22,996 nt of DNA from Promethearchaeota archaeon (GTDB lineage Archaea; Asgardarchaeota; Lokiarchaeia; Sigyniarchaeales; SOKP01), in assembly GCA_048938445.1 (NCBI GenBank), contig JBHLME010000070.1, positions 1 to 22,996 of the forward strand, given 5' to 3'. The translations under genes were made by a program, and so were the position numbers. Below, one piece after another: positions 1 through 8,103 of this stretch; within the stretch, counting starts at the first letter, position 1, and each line of letters starts with the position of its first letter. Below the pieces are notes generated by a model, which was given only the letters and a program-made list of their open reading frames with translations, was not told the DNA's origin and made no database searches.

Positions 1-333
1 GAAGGGGAGCAATTTGGGGCAATTCAACGTGTTATTGAGACTGTTAAAGTTCCTACAATGTTACGTATTCGCTGGGAAGATCCAAATTCCCAACCCATAA
101 AAATTTCATATGATCATATGATCTGTGGGAGTGTTATTAACAGTAACAATAAACCCATAAGTTGGATATTACATGAATATGAACCTATTGGGGATGGTAC
201 GCACCTACGTACAACGTTTCGATTACCTGGAAAGGTCCCAAGATGGTTTATCAAGGCTTTACGTCAACATAATATAGAAGAAATAGGAGAATTTCAAAAT
301 TTCCTACCCAAATTATATGAAGAAAATAAGTAA
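1..333 (+). CDS. PhlG/phloretin hydrolase (DAPG hydrolase) family protein, copy 1, truncated at the left window edge
   Basis: Frame is open from base 1 (EGEQFGAIQRVIETVKVPTM...), so ATG 58 is internal. Gapless match to 844..1176, 84/110 aa identical by manual count. C-terminal HNIEE (HxxxE) followed by NFLPKLYEE, as in PhlG-family C-termini. Confidence 0.8.
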   Translation, partial: EGEQFGAIQRVIETVKVPTMLRIRWEDPNSQPIKISYDHMICGSVINSNNKPISWILHEYEPIGDGTHLRTTFRLPGKVPRWFIKALRQHNIEEIGEFQNFLPKLYEENK

Positions 334-529
334 ATTAAATCAAATGTTTAAATGTTTCATAATATCAATAATTTAATCAGTTGTATTTTGGTACATAAAT
401 TATTTATGCTTAACGAGATAGAATTGATTAACAGAGATATAAAGTTTACATATTTTTTACGAGGTATTATTAATTCATGCAAGTTATTTCTAATTGAATA
501 TTGGATTAGAAATTGATAATTGAGTATTG

Positions 530-550
530 CTCCTTAACTTTTTAAAGGAG
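530..550 (+). promoter_or_regulatory. Putative TATA box (TTTTTAAA 539-546) flanked by an inverted repeat CTCC-N13-GGAG (candidate operator), upstream of 607
   Basis: Sequence ctccttaactttttaaaggag; CTCCTT/AAGGAG arms; conserved at 1374-1394. Confidence 0.5.
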
Positions 551-606
551 AAATATTCTTATATAAATATAATTATTTGCTATAAAATAACAAGTGGATA
601 AAAATA

Positions 607-1176
607 ATGTTAAATGAAAATCTAGAAAAAATAGAAAATATGGCTAAAGAGTCATCCAAAATAATGGAGCAAATCGCTGAAAGGTCAAACTCCGAAACAG
701 TAGATTTGGTTGTCGATCACGAAATAAAAGGAGTAACTCCCGAAATGATTGATTGGTGGTGGGATAATATAAATGATACTGATCGATATAAATTATGGCA
801 TCCTGACCATCATGTGTCATTTGAATGGGAAAAACCTCCTCAAAATGGGAAACATGTTGGAGCAATACATCGTGTGATTGAATATGTTAAAGTTCCTACA
901 ATGTTACGTATACGCTGGGAAGACCCAAGTTCACATCCTATAAAAATTACTTACGATCATTTTAATTGCGCGAGTATTCTCAATAGTAAAGATGAGCCAG
1001 TAAGTTGGATTTTACATGAATATGAGCCTATTGAAGATGGAACCCACTTACGCTCAACATTTCGATTACCTGCAAAGATTCCAAAATGGTTTATCAAGTC
1101 TTTACGTGAACATAATATAGAAGAAATAGGAGAATTTCCTAATTTTTTGCCCAAGTTATACGAAGAAAATAAGTAA
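607..1176 (+). CDS. PhlG/phloretin hydrolase (DAPG hydrolase) family C-C hydrolase, copy 2 (compact, 189 aa)
   Basis: Family motifs GVTPEMIDWWW, RYKLWHPDHH, RVIE, ILHE, LRSTF and HNIEE...FLPKLY. These supply a candidate His/Glu/His/Glu metal site. Confidence 0.8.
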   Translation: MLNENLEKIENMAKESSKIMEQIAERSNSETVDLVVDHEIKGVTPEMIDWWWDNINDTDRYKLWHPDHHVSFEWEKPPQNGKHVGAIHRVIEYVKVPTMLRIRWEDPSSHPIKITYDHFNCASILNSKDEPVSWILHEYEPIEDGTHLRSTFRLPAKIPKWFIKSLREHNIEEIGEFPNFLPKLYEENK

Positions 1177-1394
1177 ATTAAATGAAATGTTTAATTTATT
1201 TAAGATTTCAATGATTTATTCAGTTGCACTTATGTGAATTACTTATTTAAATTTAAGGAGTTAATTTTGATTAAAAGAGAAGATTTTTTTTTAATTTTTT
1301 CTGTTATTACTTGCTATTTTATGTAAGTTCTTTCTAATTAATTTTTAGACTAGAATTTGATAACTGAGCACAACTCCAAAACTTTTTAAAGGAG
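844..1394 (+). repeat. Tandem duplication unit, copy 2 (portion alignable within the window)
   Basis: Counterpart of 1..550. The true left boundary cannot be determined because copy 1 is truncated. Confidence 0.9.
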
Positions 1395-1403
1395 CAAAGC
1401 TCC
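1374..1403 (+). promoter_or_regulatory. Putative BRE/TATA with CTCC-N13-GGAG plus an overlapping GGAGC-AAA-GCTCC inverted repeat, upstream of the cyclase operon
   Basis: Sequence ctccaaaactttttaaaggagcaaagctcc, ending about 60 nt before ATG 1464. Confidence 0.5.
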
Positions 1404-1463
1404 ATTCTAAATATTGAAATTATTTAGTTTTATATTTAAAAAAATTAATGTGAATTATAAATA

Positions 1464-2276
1464 ATGAGCGGAAAAATAAATACAAAATCAACTTTTTCTT
1501 CTACTGATGATTTAGAATTTTATGATTTAAGTTATCCATGGGGTGATAAAGTTCCTTTATGGCCTTATTTTCCAGATGTCAAGATCGAACGCTTCCATTA
1601 TCATGCTAAATCTCAAGTATTATCTCAGCAAATAACAACTTTCATGCATTGTACTACACATACCGATGCACCCGCACATGTTGTTGAAGGAGCACCATAT
1701 ATGGATGAAGTTCCACTCGACAGGTTTTTTGGTACCGCTGTAGTTGTTTCAATTCCCAAAAAAAAATGGGAGGTAATTACGCCCGAGGATCTTGAAAATG
1801 TAGAACCAGAAATCCAACCCAATGATATAGTTATTATTAATACCGGTTGGCATAAATATTGGGGGGATAGTACGATGTATTTCTGTTATTCACCTGGACT
1901 TTATAAGGAAGCAGGAGTATGGCTCAGAGAAAAGGGAGTAAAAGCAGTTGGTATAGATAATCAAGCTCTCGACCATCCACTTGCGACCGCTATAGGCCCT
2001 CATGGTCCTGGTGGACCATTAATACCTAGGGTGAACGAAGAATTTGAGCAAGAAATGGGTAAACCAGTAAAGGAAGTGTTTTCATTATGGGAGCCTTGTC
2101 ATCGAGAATTATTAGGTAATGGGATTGTTGGTTTTGAAAATGTTGGAGGAGATATAGATAAAGTGACTGGGAAACGAGTAACTATCGCAGCATTTCCTTG
2201 GCGTTGGATGAAAGGAGATGGCTGCATTGTTCGAATGGTCGCTATTGTAGATCCTACAGGAAATTACCGCCTTTAA
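1464..2276 (+). CDS. Cyclase-family (kynurenine formamidase-like) metal-dependent hydrolase; putative dihydrophloroglucinol cyclohydrolase
   Basis: HCTTHTDAPAH is a variant of the HxGTHxDxPxH signature; also DIVIINTGW, VGID and H.ELLGNGIVGFENVGG. The specific function is inferred from neighbouring genes. Confidence 0.85.
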   Translation: MSGKINTKSTFSSTDDLEFYDLSYPWGDKVPLWPYFPDVKIERFHYHAKSQVLSQQITTFMHCTTHTDAPAHVVEGAPYMDEVPLDRFFGTAVVVSIPKKKWEVITPEDLENVEPEIQPNDIVIINTGWHKYWGDSTMYFCYSPGLYKEAGVWLREKGVKAVGIDNQALDHPLATAIGPHGPGGPLIPRVNEEFEQEMGKPVKEVFSLWEPCHRELLGNGIVGFENVGGDIDKVTGKRVTIAAFPWRWMKGDGCIVRMVAIVDPTGNYRL

Positions 2277-2295
2277 AAAATAAAGAGGTGATATA

Positions 2296-2640
2296 ATGAA
2301 AGTAACACGTTTAGAAGATGCCTTAAAATATAACCCCCCCAAGCATACTGAGACTTGTCATGCAATGTTTTTGCAACACAAAAACCTTGGTTGTGAAGCT
2401 CCCTACTGGATTGGCTGTTCATATTATTTGCCAGGAGCAAAAGCGGAATGGGATGCATCCCCCTTAGATAAGATTTATGTAGTATTGGAAGGAGAACTTA
2501 CCATCACATTTGAGGATAAAGAGGTTAAACTAAGTCCAATGGACTCAATCTATATTGGACCCAATGAGAATCGAGAAGTCCGAAATGATACAAATCGCGT
2601 TGCAACAATGTTAGTTATAATGCCTTATCCACCAAAATAG
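2296..2640 (+). CDS. Cupin-domain protein lacking canonical metal-binding histidines
   Basis: Cupin pattern YYLPGA...KIYVVLEGELTI...LSPMDSIYIGPNENREVRN...ATMLVI. SD-like GAGGTGA at 2285-2291. Confidence 0.85.
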   Translation: MKVTRLEDALKYNPPKHTETCHAMFLQHKNLGCEAPYWIGCSYYLPGAKAEWDASPLDKIYVVLEGELTITFEDKEVKLSPMDSIYIGPNENREVRNDTNRVATMLVIMPYPPK

Positions 2641-2650
2641 GGGGTAAAAC

Positions 2651-3433
2651 ATGGAAAAAATCTTAGATAGTAAAACATTATTTGATGTTTCTGGTAAAGT
2701 TGCACTTATTACTGGAGCAACAGGAGGTTTTGGTCAAGCGAGTGCAAAGGGTTTAGCTATGGCTGGTGTAAAAGTAATGCTAACTGGTCGTATAGCTGAA
2801 AAATTAGAAAATGTCGTTAAGGAAATAAAAGCTGCGGGATATATAGCCAATTATGTAGAAGGGAAGCCGACAGATATAAATGATGTTAAGAATATCGTTA
2901 AAGAGACAGTGAGTAAGTTAGGTGGGATTGATATTTTAATTACTGCTGCCGGATTAAATCGTGTAAAACCCATAATTGAACAGCCCATTGAAGAATGGGA
3001 TGAAGTGATGGATGTCAATGTTAAAGGAACTTGGTTATTTTCTAAGGAAGTTGGACGTATAATGATTGAACAAGGACGAGGTGGGAAAGTGATTTTAATT
3101 ACCTCAACTCGAGGTTTATTAGGTTTAGCAAATTATACTGCATATTGCCCATCAAAGGGTGCGATACATCTTTTAACCCGGACATTAGCCTGTGAGTGGG
3201 GGCAATATAAAATTAATGTAAATGCTGTAGCCCCTACTGTTTTTCGCACGGCTCTTACTCAATGGATGTTTGACGATAATGAGTTTTATAAGAATTTTTT
3301 AGCCCGCATTCCTATAGGTAGATTGGGTGAACCTGAGGATTTCATTGGTACTGTAATTTATCTTTCTTCGAAAGCTTCTGATTTTATGACAGGCGCCATT
3401 CTATATGTTGATGGCGGTTATACCGCGGGTTAG
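2651..3433 (+). CDS. Short-chain dehydrogenase/reductase, putative NADPH-dependent phloroglucinol reductase
   Basis: TGATGGFG Rossmann motif; LTGR (basic residue suggesting NADPH); catalytic Ser and YCPSK. The segment PTVFR..LT.WMFD....Y.NFL.R.PIGRL.EPEDF matches my recollection of clostridial phloroglucinol reductases. SDR family is certain; substrate is inferred. Confidence 0.85.
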   Translation: MEKILDSKTLFDVSGKVALITGATGGFGQASAKGLAMAGVKVMLTGRIAEKLENVVKEIKAAGYIANYVEGKPTDINDVKNIVKETVSKLGGIDILITAAGLNRVKPIIEQPIEEWDEVMDVNVKGTWLFSKEVGRIMIEQGRGGKVILITSTRGLLGLANYTAYCPSKGAIHLLTRTLACEWGQYKINVNAVAPTVFRTALTQWMFDDNEFYKNFLARIPIGRLGEPEDFIGTVIYLSSKASDFMTGAILYVDGGYTAG

Positions 3434-3443
3434 TGATATATAA

Positions 3444-4394
3444 ATGACCAATCTAGAACGCATTTCTGTCATAGGTGCCGGTTTAATGGGACATGGTATA
3501 GTACAAGTTTTTGCAGTTATTGGACATACTGTACGAATTGTTGACTCAAACCAAATTGCTCTCAATTCAGTAAAGGATCGCATACGTGAGAATCTTAATA
3601 TTATGATTAATCATGGAATAGATTTCGGTTCTTCAATTGAAGAAATTCTTGATCATATTGAACTTATAACTGATACTATGACAGCTTGTAAAGACTGCGA
3701 TATCGTAATTGAAGCAGTTTATGAAAATCTGAGTTTAAAACAACATATCTTCAAAACCTTAGATGATCTATGCTCTAAAGAGGTAATATTATGTAGCAAT
3801 ACATCCGTAATTAGCATAACAGAAATAGCAAAGCATACAATACATCCTGAACGTGTAATTGGTACTCACTTCTGGAATCCACCTTATTTGATTCCACTTG
3901 TAGAAGTGGTTCGAACTGAAAAGACAGCCAATTGGTGTTCTTCCAGAATATTTGATATACTCAAGCGTGCTGGAAAACATCCTGTCCATGTACTTAAGGA
4001 TGTACCAGGATTTATCGGAAATCGAATGCAACATGCATTATGGCGTGAAGCGTTTGCAATTATAGACGAAGGGATATGTGAGCCAGGGGCTATTGATGAG
4101 GTAATTCAAAATGGGTTTGGTCTACGCCTACCGATCCTCGGTCCAGTTGAAAATGCAGATATGGTAGGCCTTGACCTTACTCTTAATATTCATGATTATA
4201 TCTTAAAATATCTTAATGCTAATACAACACCCTCTACTACTCTTCAAGATAGAGTTAAGGAGGGAAAACTAGGATTTAAGAGTGGAATGGGATTTTTAAA
4301 ATGGTCAGAATCATCCATCATAGAATCCAGAGAGCGCTTGATGAATCATCTTATTAAAATCCTTATTGATAAACAAAAAAAATCTAATAAATGA
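3444..4394 (+). CDS. 3-hydroxyacyl-CoA dehydrogenase family NAD-dependent enzyme; putative 3-hydroxy-5-oxohexanoate dehydrogenase
   Basis: VIGAGLMGHGI, IEAVYENL..K, SNTS, GTHFWNPP..IPLVEV and DVPGFIGNRMQHALWREA. Starts 10 nt after the SDR stop. Confidence 0.85.
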   Translation: MTNLERISVIGAGLMGHGIVQVFAVIGHTVRIVDSNQIALNSVKDRIRENLNIMINHGIDFGSSIEEILDHIELITDTMTACKDCDIVIEAVYENLSLKQHIFKTLDDLCSKEVILCSNTSVISITEIAKHTIHPERVIGTHFWNPPYLIPLVEVVRTEKTANWCSSRIFDILKRAGKHPVHVLKDVPGFIGNRMQHALWREAFAIIDEGICEPGAIDEVIQNGFGLRLPILGPVENADMVGLDLTLNIHDYILKYLNANTTPSTTLQDRVKEGKLGFKSGMGFLKWSESSIIESRERLMNHLIKILIDKQKKSNK

Positions 4395-4644
4395 CTTCAA
4401 CTTTCGATTATAGGTTTATCAAAAGAGCCCTATTATGTAATTTAGAATTATTATAAAATTTTTATTAAATCTTTGATGGTATTTTTTATTCTTAGATAAA
4501 ATAGATTTACAAAAAAAAAATTTTTTTTATTTATAACTTCAACGTTTTAATTTACCAAATTCTTATTTCTTTTTAGGAGGTTAAAAATTAATTAAAAAAA
4601 GATTTTTATAGCATTAAGATTCATAATATGAGATTGTTTTCAAA

Positions 4645-5589
4645 ATGATGGAAAAGGAGAAATTTAAAGATCTGTTTAATCAAGCTTTAGTAAAAGATGT
4701 TTTCGAAGAAAAAATCGATATCGTTTTATCGGGTCAATATGGTAAAGCTTTGGAACTTTTACATGATGCGGAAGCAACAGGGCTATTTCCTGCTTTAGTT
4801 GGGCCCCCGGGAGTTGGTAAAACAATCCTATGTAGATATTTTGCCAGTATGAGAGCCAAAGAAAGCCAATTTAGCCATAGTTTTCATTGGCTTACAATGG
4901 ACGAATCAATTAAGCCATCTCACTTCTTAGGTAGCTTTGATCCAGCAATTACACTCAATAAAGGTTTTGTTCTGGATGCTTTCAATCCTGGACCCCTACT
5001 TAGCGCAATGCTTGAGGGAGGGACGTTTTTGGCAAACGAAATTAATAGAGCGACGGAATATTCCCAAAACACGTTATTAGAACCTTTAGAAGAGGCTTCA
5101 ATTAGCATCCCTCATCTCGGTAGGATTAAAGCTCATGAGGATTTTTTCTTTATAAGTGCTATGAATCCAGAAGAATTATCAGGAACCCATCGCTTGTCCG
5201 AAGCATTAAAGGATAGGATTAAAATTTGGATAAAATTAACATATCCTGATAAATCTACAGAATTAGATATAATCAGGATAAATTTACCGGAACATTTCAC
5301 AATTGAAGAATCTGAATTAGAATTAATATATTCTATTATTAATGAAACAAGAAAAAATAAGGTAGATATTGAAGTACCTGCATCTATTAGAGCGGGTATT
5401 GCCATGGCAAAATTATTAGGAAGGAAAAGATATTTAGAAAGAGAAAATGATGTTAAAGAAAAAGAATCTGTTTATGTACACTTATCAGATATTGCGATAC
5501 ACGTGCTTTTAGGAAGTATTAAACCAAAACCAGGAGTTAAAGTTCAAGATATAATAAATAGAATCATTCATAAAACGCTAGGAGCGTAA
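4645..5589 (+). CDS. MoxR-family AAA+ ATPase
   Basis: Walker A GPPGVGKT; variant Walker B FLANEINRA; QNTLLEPLEE; sensor-1 AMNP; LSEALKDR arginine-finger region; lid motif PASIRAGI. Confidence 0.9.
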   Translation: MMEKEKFKDLFNQALVKDVFEEKIDIVLSGQYGKALELLHDAEATGLFPALVGPPGVGKTILCRYFASMRAKESQFSHSFHWLTMDESIKPSHFLGSFDPAITLNKGFVLDAFNPGPLLSAMLEGGTFLANEINRATEYSQNTLLEPLEEASISIPHLGRIKAHEDFFFISAMNPEELSGTHRLSEALKDRIKIWIKLTYPDKSTELDIIRINLPEHFTIEESELELIYSIINETRKNKVDIEVPASIRAGIAMAKLLGRKRYLERENDVKEKESVYVHLSDIAIHVLLGSIKPKPGVKVQDIINRIIHKTLGA

Positions 5590-5609
5590 TTTTAAAAGAG
5601 GTTAAAGGA

Positions 5610-8099
5610 ATGGGCATATTTCCCGAAAATCCTTGTGAATTTGCAGTTGAATTCATTAAAAGGATGAGGACTCATCCTGATACAATTCAAATTCCTTCCT
5701 CTCGACAAGTACTTTCGATTCCTAGATTAATTCTTTCAAGATATTATCGAAAAGGAATGATTACACCTAATGATTTCATAGAAATTAGTACTGTTACATC
5801 TTATCCGGATAATCAAAAACTAGCAAAAGATATTGCATTTGATATACTTTTTCCAAGTTATAAGAAAGACCTAGCTAATGAATTTTTTCAAGATATTCAA
5901 GAATTAAATGAAAAAATTGAAGAAGATCTTGAATCTAATATAAAATCTGAAATGGATAACCTTCAAGATTTAATTGATGAAATTGAAAGTAAAACCTATG
6001 AAACTAGTACTATTCAAAAATTGGAGGATTTTTTCAATGAATTGGCTCAAAAAAGGGATGAGGAGCCATTTAAATCAGCTTTACAATTCTTCAATGATGA
6101 TTCTGAGTTATATAAAGAACAAATATCATCATTAGAAGATTTACTTGAGGAAGCAAGAAATAAAATGATGAATAAAATTAATTCTCTTGATCCCGAAGAT
6201 TTGAAAGCAGGTCACAATCTCGGTCTGGATGATTTAATTCAAGAACAAACACGCAGGATTTGGGAACAAACTACGAGCAAGGCTTTAAATAATCAGGATA
6301 TTAGTGAAGATTTAAATAAATTATTTGATCAAGGTAGATTAGAAGATTTAATTCAAACATTAAAATTCCTTGGAGAAACAGACGCATTATCAAAAGAAAA
6401 TCTTGAACAATTAAAAACTAACCTTAAAAATCAAATTAAGAATCTGGATCAATTATTTAATGCAGCAAAAAATTTAGGAGAAACACCTAAGTTCGATCAA
6501 GAAAAAGTTTTAGAAAATTCAATGGAACAAGCATCATTTGAGCATAATTTTAACCTAGCAAATTCATTAGATCAATATTATGGTACAAATCTTCGCAGTG
6601 CAATGCTAGATAAGTACGCACAACAATCAAAAAATGCTCAATCTACACAATCTCTTGAAGCTTTGACAAAAAGCGCAATAGCAAGCAAATCATGGAATAC
6701 TCTTTTTCAAGAATCCTTGCAAAACTCAGTTAAAGAAGCAATGAAACAATTAAAAAAAGCTGAAGCAATGAAAAATCTAACTCATCAAATGCAACAACTC
6801 ATGAATACTTGTCAAAATATTCATAGTAGTCAAAAAATGGCTCAAGAACTCCCAGAACTAGTAAAAAAAACTCTAGAAGCATGTGAAAATTCAAATCAAT
6901 TAAGAGACTCAGTAGAATTTTTTAGGAAAGTGGGATTAGACCCTAAACCCGAAGACATTAGAAACGTAGGAGAAAAGTTAGGAATGCCCGAAGATGAGAT
7001 TTTTGAATTAATTGAACCAAATTATCAATTATTAAAGAAATTGACTGAAGGTAATCAAGCAGATTTCCAGAGAATAAGTAATTTAATGAACCAAATAAAA
7101 GATCAATTGAATCATAATCGAATTAAGGAATTAATGTCAATAGCGTTGGCTTCTAATAATAGAGAAGCATTAGCTGCTTTAGGTCACTTCGATCTAGGAG
7201 ATGCTATTAAAAGTTCTCAAGAAGTTGGAGGAGAAGAAGCTGAAGATCAGCTAATCTCAAGTTTAACTGCAGGGAGTGGAGAAAATCTCCTAAAACAGTG
7301 GTTTATCCATCGCAAAAATATTCCTAATACATCAAAACAGAAAGTAAAAGAGTTAGCAAAAGCAATTTTAGTTGAATTAGGAATTTATTATTCAAGAGCT
7401 CGTCTAGGAAGCGCAATAACAGGACCTATTCCCATAAACATTGTACGCCCTTTTAATATTGGAGATGATTTTGATAATGTTGATTTAGAAGAAACTGTTA
7501 TGAATATACTTGAAAAAGGTAAAAAGCTTGAACATATTAATTATGATGATTTTTTAGTACATGAAACAGCTAAAGGATTAAGAAGCGTTTGTATAGAGTT
7601 AGATGTCTCAGGAAGCATGGAAGGAGAAAAGTTAGCTCAGTTGGCCTTATGCACTACAATGCTTTTATATGGTTTGAGAAAGGATGAACTTGCAATCACT
7701 TATTTTGAATCGGACACACATGTATTAAAATCGATTAATGAAGATATAGATTTAGAAAAAATAGCAGATGAATTATTAAGCATTAAAGCTCGTGGTGGAA
7801 CGAGAATTCAAGCAGCTTTGGAATGGGCTAGAACCGAGTTTAAGAAAAACGCAAATTCACGGGAAAAATTAAATATCCTTTTTACTGATGCGGAAGTCTT
7901 TGATTTACAACAAGCAGTAGAAGAATTGAGAATCTTGCGTTCTATGAACGTGGATTTCATAATAGTATGTCCAGAAACACATTTCAATCTTAAAGAAGCT
8001 GAAAAAATGGCTAAAATAGCTGGGGGGCAATTATTAACCTTAAATGACTGGAATGAGTTTCCTAAGCTAATTGCAGATATTATAAAATCAAAAATTTAG
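5610..8099 (+). CDS. Large VWA-domain protein (MoxR partner) with long helical middle and AAA-lid-like N-terminus
   Basis: Pre-VWA RPFNIGDDFDNVDLEET; intact MIDAS DVSGS...GGT...FTD. SD-like GAGG upstream; starts 20 nt after the ATPase stop. Confidence 0.9.
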   Translation: MGIFPENPCEFAVEFIKRMRTHPDTIQIPSSRQVLSIPRLILSRYYRKGMITPNDFIEISTVTSYPDNQKLAKDIAFDILFPSYKKDLANEFFQDIQELNEKIEEDLESNIKSEMDNLQDLIDEIESKTYETSTIQKLEDFFNELAQKRDEEPFKSALQFFNDDSELYKEQISSLEDLLEEARNKMMNKINSLDPEDLKAGHNLGLDDLIQEQTRRIWEQTTSKALNNQDISEDLNKLFDQGRLEDLIQTLKFLGETDALSKENLEQLKTNLKNQIKNLDQLFNAAKNLGETPKFDQEKVLENSMEQASFEHNFNLANSLDQYYGTNLRSAMLDKYAQQSKNAQSTQSLEALTKSAIASKSWNTLFQESLQNSVKEAMKQLKKAEAMKNLTHQMQQLMNTCQNIHSSQKMAQELPELVKKTLEACENSNQLRDSVEFFRKVGLDPKPEDIRNVGEKLGMPEDEIFELIEPNYQLLKKLTEGNQADFQRISNLMNQIKDQLNHNRIKELMSIALASNNREALAALGHFDLGDAIKSSQEVGGEEAEDQLISSLTAGSGENLLKQWFIHRKNIPNTSKQKVKELAKAILVELGIYYSRARLGSAITGPIPINIVRPFNIGDDFDNVDLEETVMNILEKGKKLEHINYDDFLVHETAKGLRSVCIELDVSGSMEGEKLAQLALCTTMLLYGLRKDELAITYFESDTHVLKSINEDIDLEKIADELLSIKARGGTRIQAALEWARTEFKKNANSREKLNILFTDAEVFDLQQAVEELRILRSMNVDFIIVCPETHFNLKEAEKMAKIAGGQLLTLNDWNEFPKLIADIIKSKI

Positions 8100-8103
8100 A
8101 ACA

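Larger units (their letters stand above)
1..550 (+). repeat. Tandem duplication unit, copy 1 (gene 3' part plus about 217 nt downstream intergenic/promoter DNA)
   Basis: 1..550 aligns almost without gaps to 844..1394 (offset 843-844), including non-coding blocks such as aagtaaattaaat.aaatgtttaa, tcagttg, ttgattaa.agaga, tttctaatt and actttttaaaggag. Confidence 0.9.

Noticed and set aside
357-533. About 59-codon stop-free frame on the minus strand in the duplicated spacer
   Set aside because: No canonical start near its 5' end, the homologous frame in copy 2 stops after a few codons, and mismatches lack codon periodicity.
1464-2276. Kynurenine formamidase (kynB) call
   Set aside because: Same family, but no tryptophan dioxygenase or kynureninase nearby; context favours ring hydrolysis.
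2296-2640. Acetylacetone dioxygenase (Dke1)-like role for the cupin
   Set aside because: The His metal triad is absent.
4511-4528. A10-T8 palindromic run after the catabolic operon
   Set aside because: Could contribute to termination, but is unremarkable in such AT-rich DNA.
644-5405. Short minus-strand ORFs (644-865, 957-1154, 1625-1822, 2112-2342, 2273-2458, 3401-3583, 3789-4034, 4920-5108, 5133-5405)
   Set aside because: Antisense shadows of well-supported genes, with no recognisable motifs.
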